The position numbers and the translations under genes were made by a program. Shown piece by piece: positions 50,250 through 58,897 of a stretch of DNA of 64,000 bases. The stretch is from positions 253,946 through 317,945 of the IMG/VR virus record IMGVR_UViG_3300028898_000252; one strand, written 5' to 3'. Under the pieces are notes generated by a model. The model made no database searches. It was not told the origin of the DNA and saw nothing but the letters and a program-made list of their open reading frames with translations. Each line of letters starts with the position of its first letter. The stretch's first letter is position 1. The stretch is from a virus. Taxonomy: Duplodnaviria > Heunggongvirae > Uroviricota > Caudoviricetes.

Positions 50250-50684
50250 TCAGTCTTCGCTGATATCCTCCTCTGCCATATCTTTCAGATATGATTCGAA
50301 CGAGGGAGCATTCCAATCACATCCGTATTCGTAGTCGCCTCCGCCCTCGTAATCTTCTCGGTTTTCTCGCCTTTTGATGCGATCGAGACATTCGTTGAGC
50401 GTATACTTGCGAAACGACCTGTTTTTTTCTTCGGAGTAGTTCCGCTCTTCGATTTCCAGCGAACGAAAATCGAGTTCAGACTCTTCGGTTTTGAGCCACA
50501 TTTCTTGCTCGTCTTCGAGGGTTTCGTCGATTCCCTCGGCGATTGCTTGCTTCTCGGTAACACCTTGCGGGTTGCTGAATCGCAAAGTCTTTTCTCTGCG
50601 GCTGTTACCGAGAATGCGGTTAAGGGTAAACCTATCGTCAATATCGAGACGAGCAACAAAACCGCGGCGATGGTTGGTTTTCAT
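50250..50684 (-). CDS. cassette hypothetical protein (MKTNHRRGF family, acidic)
   Basis: Element, GAAGGA RBS. Confidence 0.65.
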   Translation of the reverse strand: MKTNHRRGFVARLDIDDRFTLNRILGNSRREKTLRFSNPQGVTEKQAIAEGIDETLEDEQEMWLKTEESELDFRSLEIEERNYSEEKNRSFRKYTLNECLDRIKRRENREDYEGGGDYEYGCDWNAPSFESYLKDMAEEDISED

Positions 50685-50769
50685 TCTGTTGATCCTTCCG
50701 TGGTTATCTCTTACCACGTTTGGCTCTGAATTATTTACCTTGCAGGGACCGTGCCATCGCGGATTCTGA

Positions 50770-50816
50770 AAATAAAAAATGGGCTACTCGGGTGCTGGTT
50801 AGGCACTCGGTAGCCC
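50770..50816 (-). terminator. intrinsic terminator
   Basis: GGGCTAC.GAGTGC...GCAC.CGAGTAGCCC stem followed by ATTTTTTATTTT. Confidence 0.65.
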
Positions 50817-51003
50817 GTGAGCGGAAACGGAATCTCCGTTTATTTGTGGATTGAAGGGAGCACGTCGCGCGCTCAACCTCGGTTGAAGGGTAGGAAACAA
50901 CAGCAAGAGCGACGAATAGGGTTGCGATTGTTTAGCTCCTCTCTGTGTTTAGGTTTAGCACACCCTTGAAGGAATTATTTTCCTTTCAAGAGATATGCCA
51001 GTG

Positions 51004-51129
51004 TTAGCGGTTGCCGTTTTTGAGGTTGAGGGTTTCGGTTGCCTTTGCGATCATTCCACCAGCGACGAGCGCGGCGAACATCATCACGAAGGCGAAAGCT
51101 GCCCCGTTGGCGAACGTGTTAGCGATCAT
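51004..51129 (-). CDS. 41-aa hydrophobic peptide
   Basis: MIANTFANGAAFAFVMMFAALVAGGMIAK..., AAGGA upstream, stop abuts the next element. Confidence 0.45.
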   Translation of the reverse strand: MIANTFANGAAFAFVMMFAALVAGGMIAKATETLNLKNGNR

Positions 51130-51259
51130 GGGTTTGTGTGGTTTCCTTTCGCTGGCGACGAATCACCGCTGCAACCTCAACGATGCTGTAGGTTGTGCGC
51201 GCGATGGCGAGAATCAACAGAACGATCATAGAGAAATGGTTGTCGATGGAGGGTTCCAT
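51119..51259 (-). CDS. 46-aa hydrophobic peptide
   Basis: Element, AGAGGA RBS; MEPSIDNHFSMIVLLILAIA... Confidence 0.5.
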   Translation of the reverse strand: MEPSIDNHFSMIVLLILAIARTTYSIVEVAAVIRRQRKETTQTHDR

Positions 51260-51338
51260 TTGTTTTCCTCTCTGTGAGTATGTCTTAACATACCATTGAA
51301 GGATTTATTTACCTTTCAAGAGGTGTGCCAAGGTTTCG

Positions 51339-51569
51339 TCACTGGTCGGAAGGAAACCAACCCTTCACAACGGCGTTGTGGGCAATTCCAAGACGAAACA
51401 CCTGGGATCGTACTCGAATGCCGCTCGAAGCATTGAACACCTTGATTGAGGCATTCAGGGCGTTTGGGGCGGCATTCAGAGCAGCGGCGAACGCCTCGTG
51501 TTCGGTTGCTCCGAAACCGCTAGCGCTCAGTCCCGTTTGATTACGGGTCCATCGAAATTTACCTTGCAT
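51339..51569 (-). CDS. cassette hypothetical protein
   Basis: TAATG-coupled to the upstream ORF. Confidence 0.55.
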   Translation of the reverse strand: MQGKFRWTRNQTGLSASGFGATEHEAFAAALNAAPNALNASIKVFNASSGIRVRSQVFRLGIAHNAVVKGWFPSDQ

Positions 51570-51781
51570 TAGTTCATCACCCTTTCAGGTGCGGTTGAGG
51601 GATCGTGACCGAGGTTGAAAGCGGAGCGAAACAACTGTGCTTGCTCGCGCGTATCCGTGAAATGATCGAACACGGCCCCAGTCACGTCGGAGCGAAAACG
51701 GACCCTCCACATTTCACGCGGCGGGCGTTGGTTGCGAAGAAAAAACGCCTTCAACTTTTCGAGAAGTAACTTGTCGAGCAT
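51569..51781 (-). CDS. cassette hypothetical protein
   Basis: GGAGG RBS after the element. Confidence 0.6.
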   Translation of the reverse strand: MLDKLLLEKLKAFFLRNQRPPREMWRVRFRSDVTGAVFDHFTDTREQAQLFRSAFNLGHDPSTAPERVMN

Positions 51782-51928
51782 GACAACCTCCGTTCTGTTT
51801 GACCGTTTCGAATTCCCTTGTGAGTATGTCTTATCACACTCAGTTAAGGTTTATTTACCTTTCACAAACCATGCCAAGCACAGTTTATGAAAACTTTGTT
51901 TTCAAGACCTATGCCAGACTTTTGCCGC

Positions 51929-52312
51929 TCATGCAAACTTGCATGCCGACAAGGTTTTCATCACGGAATACATCCTGTCGATGACCGCGGGGACCTTTTT
52001 GTCGTTGTCGTGGTAAAACATGTTTGCGGCGAGAATAACATTTCTAATCGCCTTGCGCTTGTTCATTCCGACCGCGATATGCACCGCACCGCCACGAATT
52101 GCGATTGAACACCTCCAGCCGTGATCGCGTACGGCATCGAAAACAACATTGACAGGATTGACGCGATTGTTATTCAGCAGGTCGACCAATTTTTCGACCT
52201 TCGCGCCCCCGCTGTAAACCTCGATAACGGCGGCTTCGAGCAAGGTATTGAACCTTTGCTCTCTTGCTTCGATGGCTCGAAAGAATGCCTTGAATGATTC
52301 GAATTGTTCCAT
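51929..52312 (-). CDS. cassette hypothetical protein
   Basis: AAAGGG RBS; start placed at MEQFES. Confidence 0.6.
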   Translation of the reverse strand: MEQFESFKAFFRAIEAREQRFNTLLEAAVIEVYSGGAKVEKLVDLLNNNRVNPVNVVFDAVRDHGWRCSIAIRGGAVHIAVGMNKRKAIRNVILAANMFYHDNDKKVPAVIDRMYSVMKTLSACKFA

Positions 52313-52494
52313 TGTGAAACCCTTTCGTTGGAGAATGACAGCCGCAGAAATAGGATTTGCACCTACAGTTTCCTCTGTTTTGCAGAGGTTTTGGCCACGA
52401 TTCGGCACGGGACCTATTCCCGTTCTGCGGTATAGACTTGTTAACACAACCTCGAAGGTTTTATTTACCTTTCAAGAGGTGTGCCAACGAAGGT

Positions 52495-52707
52495 TTAGTC
52501 GTGATACCAAACATCCTCGCCGTGAATGTTTTTCGACGGAAAAACAACCGTATCCGTGTCCTCGTTGTGCTTCGTGACAGCGAACATCACCTTTCGCTGA
52601 GCGTTGCGCAGCACCTTGCGAGCAAAGCGCTTGAAACCATTGTGAAAGTGGCGATGGTGGGAGTCCTCGCTGCGAGCGGTGAATCCTCGACGGTGGTTCG
52701 TTTTCAA
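52495..52707 (-). CDS. cassette hypothetical protein (MKTNHRRGF family, basic)
   Basis: TTG start after GAAGGGAG; N-terminus matches 50250..50684. Confidence 0.6.
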   Translation of the reverse strand: MKTNHRRGFTARSEDSHHRHFHNGFKRFARKVLRNAQRKVMFAVTKHNEDTDTVVFPSKNIHGEDVWYHD

Positions 52708-52844
52708 TTCCGTTCTCCCTTCTGTCTAGGTCTTAACACACTCTATCGTGAATTATTTTCCTTTCACGAATCGTGCCAAGGTTGACCAAGAGGCTGTCTC
52801 GGTGGGTTGAGGCATTCAGAATTAATTTCAAAATCTGTGCCGCG

Positions 52845-52874
52845 AAAATAAAAAAGCCCCGATTCGCTCGGGGC
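52845..52874 (-). terminator. intrinsic terminator
   Basis: GCCCCGA-GCGAA-TCGGGGC followed by TTTTTTATTTT. Confidence 0.75.
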
Positions 52875-52912
52875 GTGGCGGGTTTGGTTATGTATCCAAA
52901 CCAATTGGTTTC

Positions 52913-53287
52913 TCAATCCTCGTTTTCCGACGAGAACGCGATCGAACGAATTCCGATCTCATGGTAGTTTTTCCATGAGAATGTCAGCCGCTTCGAATCG
53001 TCATCGCAGCCTTTCAAAACGACGTGCGTGCAATCCCCCGATTGCGTGACGACCGAAGCGACCTCCCACAATTGCGAGCCGTGCGCTCGCTTTCCCTTCA
53101 CTTCGAGAATGTCACCAACCTTGACGCGCGAAAGGATGATCCACACGGGATCGCGTCGCGTTCGGTCCGAAACTTGAAATTTTCGTTCGGTCAAGTCATC
53201 GTAGAGGCGGCGAGCCTTCGTGTTTTCATTCGCCCACGCGCGAAACGAACCGATGATTGCCGAGAGGATATCCTTGTTGTTGCTCAT
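52913..53287 (-). CDS. cassette hypothetical protein
   Basis: Purine-rich leader; terminator downstream. Confidence 0.65.
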   Translation of the reverse strand: MSNNKDILSAIIGSFRAWANENTKARRLYDDLTERKFQVSDRTRRDPVWIILSRVKVGDILEVKGKRAHGSQLWEVASVVTQSGDCTHVVLKGCDDDSKRLTFSWKNYHEIGIRSIAFSSENED

Positions 53288-53335
53288 GTTTCTTTTCTCT
53301 TTTCTTTTCGTTGAAGTTGATTGAAGGGTTGGTTT

Positions 53336-53710
53336 TCAGAGAGAGAGGGCGAAAGCGATATCGAGAGCAACAGGGGTTTTGTTTTCCTCCGTTACTCCGT
53401 TGTACTTGATCGCGTGTTCCGCGAGGTTGTAGTGGTCAATCAATTCGACCTCGCAAGGTAGGGGAGTGTTGCAGGCGAGCCGCGTAATCGGAGGCATTTT
53501 TTTGTCTCCGAAAAGTTTTACCAACAAAAACTCTGTTCCGTATTGACCAGTGGAGGCGGAACTTGCGGTCAATTGGTAGACCGCAGAAACCTCTTTGCGG
53601 CCTTTCCGAAATGACAGCAAGAAAAACCTTGCAACCTTGACAAACACCGTAATCGAACAACCGAGTGTTTCGGTGTTGATTCGATCACCAACCTTGAAAA
53701 GATGGTTCAT
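53336..53710 (-). CDS. cassette hypothetical protein
   Basis: Start placed at MNHLFKVGD after AAGGG. Confidence 0.6.
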   Translation of the reverse strand: MNHLFKVGDRINTETLGCSITVFVKVARFFLLSFRKGRKEVSAVYQLTASSASTGQYGTEFLLVKLFGDKKMPPITRLACNTPLPCEVELIDHYNLAEHAIKYNGVTEENKTPVALDIAFALSL

Positions 53711-53866
53711 TCGTTTTTTCCCTTGTTGCTTGACGAAAACCTTGTCGGCGACTGGCTTATCGACAATAATTTTCTTGGGGTTGCGAGACAGGGTGATTCC
53801 TGGCCAGTTTCTATCTCTTATCACAGCTTTCAGCATTGAATTTTCCTTTCAAGCGCTATGCCAAGA

Positions 53867-54049
53867 TTACCTTTTCCGTTGTTTGATTTTCGAACCAGAG
53901 GGCACCACGAGAAACCATTCGAACCTGTTGACAATTGCATTCCAAACCTTGTATCTCCGAATCACTCTCGTGTAGAGAGCACCTTGACGCAGGGTTTCGA
54001 GGTATGAGTCGAACGGACCCAGGTGGTTTTCTGAATAACAGTCGCCCAT
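53867..54049 (-). CDS. cassette hypothetical protein
   Basis: GAAGGTG RBS; stop abuts the next element. Confidence 0.55.
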   Translation of the reverse strand: MGDCYSENHLGPFDSYLETLRQGALYTRVIRRYKVWNAIVNRFEWFLVVPSGSKIKQRKR

Positions 54050-54136
54050 TCGTTCACCTTCCCTTGCTGGCGTGTCTACCTCATATCACGATTGATTCTG
54101 TTTTATTTTCCTTGCAGGGATCATGCCAGCAGTGGA

Positions 54137-54355
54137 CTACTTCGAAACCTCAACTCCAATAATCAAAACCATCGGAGGCTCGCCTACAGAAGTCTCGAAA
54201 CCAGAAACTTTCGTCTGGAAAACTTCATCCTTCTCTGGATTATCCATGAGAGCTTCATTCAGTCGGAGGATCAACCTTTGCGCTTCATCACGCGAAAGGC
54301 CGATAACCAAACGATTTTTGAAAATCTCGTCTGCGGTTTTTTCCCAGTGCGCCAT
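54137..54355 (-). CDS. cassette hypothetical protein
   Basis: AAGGA RBS; start placed at MAHWEK. Confidence 0.6.
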   Translation of the reverse strand: MAHWEKTADEIFKNRLVIGLSRDEAQRLILRLNEALMDNPEKDEVFQTKVSGFETSVGEPPMVLIIGVEVSK

Positions 54356-54569
54356 GATCTTTTCCTTTCCGTGGTTATGATCTAACACATTCAGCTCTGA
54401 ATTATTTACCTTGCAGGGATCATGCCAACCACGGGAGATTGAGAATTATTTTCAAATTGCTGCGGCACAAAAAATGCAGGGCCAAAAACGATAAAAGGGC
54501 AACCCGCTTGTTAAAGCGAAGTTGCCCCTTTGGGTTTATTTACTTTGCAAACCGTGTGCCAACGTTTAG

Positions 54570-54644
54570 CGTCTCTGATAGGACTTGAACCTATGACCTA
54601 CCGCTTAGAAGGCGGTCGCTACTATCCAACTGAGCTACAGAGAC
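54570..54644 (-). tRNA. tRNA-Arg(UCU)
   Basis: GTCTCTG/CAGAGAC acceptor stem; ACCGC-CTTCTAA-GCGGT anticodon arm; GGTTCAAGTCC. Confidence 0.92.
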
Positions 54645-54688
54645 AAAGCGTCTCGTAACGTTACTGTGCGCCGCTTACACTACGGTTT

Positions 54689-55056
54689 TGAGGCCGCGGA
54701 GAGTCGAACTCCGTCTGCAACGTTTCCGAGACTGAAACAGTCTACAGGAGCACTGTTTCGATGTGCAGTCGATACGCAATCCGTCTCGTAACGTCATCGC
54801 GACGTTGGATTGTCCACTATTGGCAATCAACCTTTCGAGGTTGACTCTCGCTCTCGCCGCGAGAAGGCTAGTGGTGCTGAGAGCATATAATACCGACATA
54901 TCCCCTCGGTTAACGGGTTGACTGAGCGGTTTAACTGTTTAACCTAACAGGTTACCCTGTGCAGGATTCGCACCCGCATATCTCAGTCGGTGTGATGGTG
55001 GTTTGTATTGTTTCACTAGCATTCAGTAACCATCGGTACCGAATGCCAGCGGCCAC
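54689..55056 (-). ncRNA. ~370-nt structured RNA with a tmRNA-like 3' end
   Basis: 3' end ...TGTAGAC...GACGGAGTTCGACTCTCCGCGGCCTCA; 5' GTGGCCG pairs 6/7 with CGGCCTC; many internal hairpins; no G3-U70 pair and no recognisable tag peptide. Confidence 0.45.
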
Positions 55057-55197
55057 GATTTATTTAACCCAACACCGAGCATTGTGGCTTGTTTGGTATT
55101 GGACCACGGAATTATTCTCCGTGGATTTGCTTTCCTTAAATGGTGGAAAGCACGACAGCGTTTACGACTCCATACTATATGTCGCCTCTAGCATGAA

Positions 55198-55262
55198 TGG
55201 TGCTCTCATATGGACTCGAACCAATGCCTAGCAGCGCGGTTAAGCGCTCTAGGTATGAGAAC
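55198..55262 (-). ncRNA. D-armless tRNA-like RNA ending ACCA
   Basis: GTTCTCA/TGAGAGC acceptor; 10-bp hairpin with 6-nt loop; GGTTCGAGTCC; ACCA. Confidence 0.6.
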
Positions 55263-55385
55263 ATGTTTTATGTTAAGGAATCTATCGTTTTGACGTTGTT
55301 GCCCCGATCGCCTCGCTCTCTCTGTCTACATTCTAGCGCGACCGAGCAAGGTTTATTTACCTTTCAAGTATCGTGCCAGGGAAAA

Positions 55386-55456
55386 GGGTACCGCCGCGGG
55401 AATCGAACCCGCTTTAGACGTTCTAGCCAACGTCTAAATCTCCAAGGTAGAACCCC
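55386..55456 (-). ncRNA. D-armless tRNA-like element
   Basis: TTTAGACGTT-GGCTAG-AACGTCTAAA hairpin directly followed by a perfect T-arm GCGGG-TTCGATT-CCCGC; acceptor stem weak. Confidence 0.5.
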
Positions 55457-55519
55457 ATAGTTTTATCGGTGCTTGACTAGAGCGCCCGCTATGTTGTCTA
55501 ACTTTAGGTAGCGGTATAG

Positions 55520-55602
55520 TGCCAGCAACGGGACTTGAACCCGTATGCCCTTGCGGACGGCGGATTTTGAATCCGCTGCGTATTCCATTCCGCCACGCTG
55601 GC
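55520..55602 (-). tRNA. tRNA-Leu(CAA)
   Basis: GCCAGCG/TGCTGGC acceptor; GCGGA-TTCAAAA-TCCGC; long variable arm. Confidence 0.93.
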
Positions 55603-55949
55603 ATTTGTTCTGCAATCTCGTTTGCAGAGGACGATACCGAGACACATTCTAATATGCGGCTCGATATTAACACGCTGGGATGACACAATGATCATCCGTG
55701 TGGTACAGCTTAGTTTGATATGTGTACCTAGTTCACAGCCCGCGGTTTTCATTGGCTGCAAAACAAGTTGTGCCAGTCACTTAGCCCGTGTTTGCAGGAT
55801 ACGCGCACGCCGACTAGCTTACGCTCGCGTTTCCGACGTATGGGATATATTACCGTTCACTCGCTTTCCTTTTCGTTGCTGCCCGCCCCATGAATCTCTC
55901 TTACCACACCCGAGCAAGGTTTATTTCCCTTGCAAGCGCTATGCCAGGG

Positions 55950-56189
55950 TCAGAGCGCGACCACCGCGAGGGTTTCGCGACCGTTTTCCCACGGGCAGAG
56001 CCACGCTTTCGCGTAGCCGTTGGGTGCTTGCACGATCACGGGATTACGGGGCGACGCCCGTTTCGCGCGGCAAGCGCGGACGATTTTGTCCACCCCAGAA
56101 TCGATAGAATAGTGAGTCACGAATGTAGCTGCCGTTTCGTTGAACTCGAACACCACTGCTTTCGAATCGTTCACTTTTGCATCCTCCAT
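55950..56189 (-). CDS. cassette hypothetical protein
   Basis: Lies between two elements; stop 3 nt from the next element. Confidence 0.6.
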   Translation of the reverse strand: MEDAKVNDSKAVVFEFNETAATFVTHYSIDSGVDKIVRACRAKRASPRNPVIVQAPNGYAKAWLCPWENGRETLAVVAL

Positions 56190-56254
56190 CCCCCATAATC
56201 TTATGTTAGTACAACCGAGCAGGGTTTATTTACCTTGCACAAGCCATGCCAGAG

Positions 56255-56617
56255 TTAGACCTTGGCGGAATCCTCCGCTCGACGAATAACCCACCATTCG
56301 GTTCCCGCGCCGTCGCGGTCGATTTCACCCACAAGGATGAATTCATTGCTGAGCATATCCATAAACACGCCCTCCCATGCCCCGCGGGTTGTTCGAACGG
56401 ACACACCGAGGATTCTGGAAAACTCAGCCGCAGCCGCAGATTTTCTGACTACGGACGAAAGATTTGTCTTCCGAACGTCGATCTTTCCGCCGCCGCTCAA
56501 TTCGAGCTCGAAACCCTCTTGGGTTTGCTCGATCGCAGTCACGGGAATGAATTCGAGATTCAACCGTTGACGAGCGACGATATTCAAATCGAGACCATCC
56601 GACACAATGCAGTCCAT
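56255..56617 (-). CDS. cassette hypothetical protein
   Basis: AAAGGG RBS; stop 3 nt from the next element. Confidence 0.65.
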   Translation of the reverse strand: MDCIVSDGLDLNIVARQRLNLEFIPVTAIEQTQEGFELELSGGGKIDVRKTNLSSVVRKSAAAAEFSRILGVSVRTTRGAWEGVFMDMLSNEFILVGEIDRDGAGTEWWVIRRAEDSAKV

Positions 56618-56710
56618 TGTTTGAAACCCTTTCTTCGTTGGTGTGTTCTCTGTATAGCAGACCCTAGCAAGGTTTATTTACCTTGCAATCGGTATGCCAA
56701 GGATGATTAG

Positions 56711-56781
56711 TAGGTCCAGAAGGAATCGAACCTTCGTTAACTGGTTAAAAGCCAGCTACTCTACCATTGAGTTATGGACCC
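56711..56781 (-). tRNA. tRNA-Lys(UUU)
   Basis: GGGTCCA/TGGACCT acceptor; GCTGG-CTTTTAA-CCAGT; GGTTCGATTCC. Confidence 0.93.
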
Positions 56782-57130
56782 TTAGAGCGCCGCTGTTTAC
56801 CAACGATTCCCCGTATGCGGGGCAACCTCGGGACAGCGGGCGGTTTTGCACCATTCTTTTATTCGTTTTAGGCCGAATCACACCCGTTAGGTAGCTATCG
56901 GCCTATCGTTTACGACGATACATCAGCGTTTCCTCTTCGCTATATTATTAGAACCTACGCATGCGCGCGGTAGGCTTATGGGTTCGAGGTAGTGAATGCG
57001 GAATGACCCGCGCCCGTATCGTGTTGGCAGCGTGCGGTTTCGCTCGGTATCCGCTGCTAGTTTTACCGATCGACTAGCAACCGCTCAGTGGAGCGGCTGA
57101 CAAGGTGTGTGTAGCACGACTCGGCAGGGT

Positions 57131-57469
57131 TTATTTACCTTGCACCGTCTGTGCCAGCGGGACGCCGCCCGACCACGGGGCATCGTCGATCATTTCGAAA
57201 ATGGTTTGAATTTCCTCGACTGAAAGAGTGGTGTCGTGATACCACTCCGTCAACCTTCGGTCGAAAGCGTCGGCAAGGTCGCGGGTTTCAGCGAATTCGA
57301 ATTCGACCTCTTCGAACATCGAATTGTAAAACCTCGGAGGTTGCTCGCCATTTGCCGCGCGGTGTTCGATGATCGCCTGCTCGCATTCTCCCACGAATTC
57401 GGCGAGTTGTTCTCGCGAATAACCGCGGAGTTTCAGCGTTTGCAATTCTGAGAGATTCTTCGTCGACAT
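57131..57469 (-). CDS. cassette hypothetical acidic protein
   Basis: AGAGGAG leader; reads into the next element (LAQTVQGK, stop inside AAATAA). Confidence 0.6.
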   Translation of the reverse strand: MSTKNLSELQTLKLRGYSREQLAEFVGECEQAIIEHRAANGEQPPRFYNSMFEEVEFEFAETRDLADAFDRRLTEWYHDTTLSVEEIQTIFEMIDDAPWSGGVPLAQTVQGK

Positions 57470-57769
57470 TTTCTTTCGTTGCTCCTCTCTGTGGGTATGT
57501 CTTACCACACCCTTGAAGGAATTATTTACCTTGCAAGCGGTGTGCCAAAAAAAATAGGCTTGGAATAGATCCGAAGCCTCTCACCATTCGTTATATCGCC
57601 TTCAACCGCAAGTTAACTTAATAACTCGCTGAATGGCCGCACTCCCAGGCATCGCGCTATGGACTAGCCTTATGGTTGCGCTTTGTTATGGCCGCTTGCA
57701 CGGTTTGGTTGAAGCAATGCCGTTATCCAACGGCGGTATTGGCTTGACAGAGAATCCTGTTCTCTGTCA

Positions 57770-57846
57770 TGGTAGGCGTAAATGGACTCGAACCATTGAC
57801 CCCACGGTTATAAGCCGTGTGCTCTAACCGACTGAGCTATACGCCC
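57770..57846 (-). tRNA. tRNA-Ile(UAU)
   Basis: GGGCGTA/TACGCCT acceptor with encoded ACCA; CACGG-CTTATAA-CCGTG. Confidence 0.92.
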
Positions 57847-58037
57847 AACGAATGCGGCCTCGCCTTATTCAGCGCCCGCGGTGAATGCTAACCAGCTTGT
57901 CACGGCCAGTGCATTATTTTACCTGCTTTCCGTATCGTTGCGGGTTGAGGTTTTGAGGCAACCTTGCTCGTTGCCCCGTGAGTATGTCTTAGCACGACTC
58001 GGCAGGGTTTATTTGCCTTGCACCGTTCGTGCCAGGG

Positions 58038-58346
58038 TTACGCCAGCTTCGACCACGCCAGCGCGAACAAACGCACGGCGAAAGCCAGGGCGAAAACCGC
58101 AGCGCTCACCCTTGCAATCCCCAGCGCGTTTTTTGACGTTCCGTAACCGTACTCGGACGCAAGAAAACTGTTTGTCAGCCTCTCAGCGATCATGGAAACC
58201 ACGAAAAGCGATCCAAACAACAACAGGTGTTGTCCTGCGGAGAGCGAGAGAAACATCCCGAAAAACGTTCCGATCGCGCCCGAAGCGATGGCGAGCACAA
58301 GCAACACAGCCGCCGCGACTGCGGCGAAAACCTTACCAAAGGTCAA
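58038..58346 (-). CDS. small multi-pass membrane protein (start uncertain)
   Basis: Three hydrophobic stretches; stop 3 nt from the next element. Confidence 0.55.
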   Translation of the reverse strand: MTFGKVFAAVAAAVLLVLAIASGAIGTFFGMFLSLSAGQHLLLFGSLFVVSMIAERLTNSFLASEYGYGTSKNALGIARVSAAVFALAFAVRLFALAWSKLA

Positions 58347-58348
58347 GG

Positions 58349-58729
58349 TTACGACCTTCGCGAGTGTGACGCGCGCTGGAGAATCGGAAGACCAAGAACA
58401 CCACTCGGTCCAACCTTTGCAAACGCATCGGTTTGCTCGTTGCCGCGTTCGCCAGGGACGAAAAGCGTCACCTCGGCATAGCGGTTGCTGTGCCCCGCGC
58501 AGCACTTGGTTTCACTCGAAACCGTTGCGCGCCAGTCAGAAGCGGAAAAAAACTTTTCCGTTTCCTTTCCCGCAGCGTCGTGTCGGATCACTTCGACCGC
58601 GTAGCGCTCCAATTGGAGCCGTTCGCGGAGTTCATCGGCGTGCATTTCCGCCGCTGTGCGTGTGTCGAGCTCCATTCCTTCATCGAAGGAAACATCGCCA
58701 CTGTCTGAACCATTCACTTCGATCGTCAT
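58349..58729 (-). CDS. cassette hypothetical protein
   Basis: GGAGGT RBS. Confidence 0.6.
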   Translation of the reverse strand: MTIEVNGSDSGDVSFDEGMELDTRTAAEMHADELRERLQLERYAVEVIRHDAAGKETEKFFSASDWRATVSSETKCCAGHSNRYAEVTLFVPGERGNEQTDAFAKVGPSGVLGLPILQRASHSRRS

Positions 58730-58831
58730 TGCCTACCTCCATGTAGGGTTGCTAGAGGTTATCTCCAGCAACAACTTTTGAATAACACAACCCTCGAAGG
58801 TTTATTTACCTTGCAGGGATCATGCCATTCT

Positions 58832-58892
58832 TGGAGGGCTTGGGAGAATCAAACTCCCCGCAAAGTTTTTGCTTTGCGAACCATTAAGCCCT
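58832..58892 (-). ncRNA. D-armless tRNA-like RNA
   Basis: AGGGCTT/AAGCCCT stem followed by CCA; CGCAAAG-CAAAAA-CTTTGCG; T-arm GGGAG-TTTGATT-CTCCC. Confidence 0.6.
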
Positions 58893-58897
58893 TGCGG

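Noticed and set aside
50817-50940. CDS after element 51000
   Set aside because: A strong RBS is followed by ATC rather than ATG; could be a decayed gene or an sRNA, not supportable as a CDS.
56880-56945. Hammerhead ribozyme (CTGATG near GAAAC on the minus strand)
   Set aside because: The core CUGAnGA is incomplete and the stems do not assemble in the required order.
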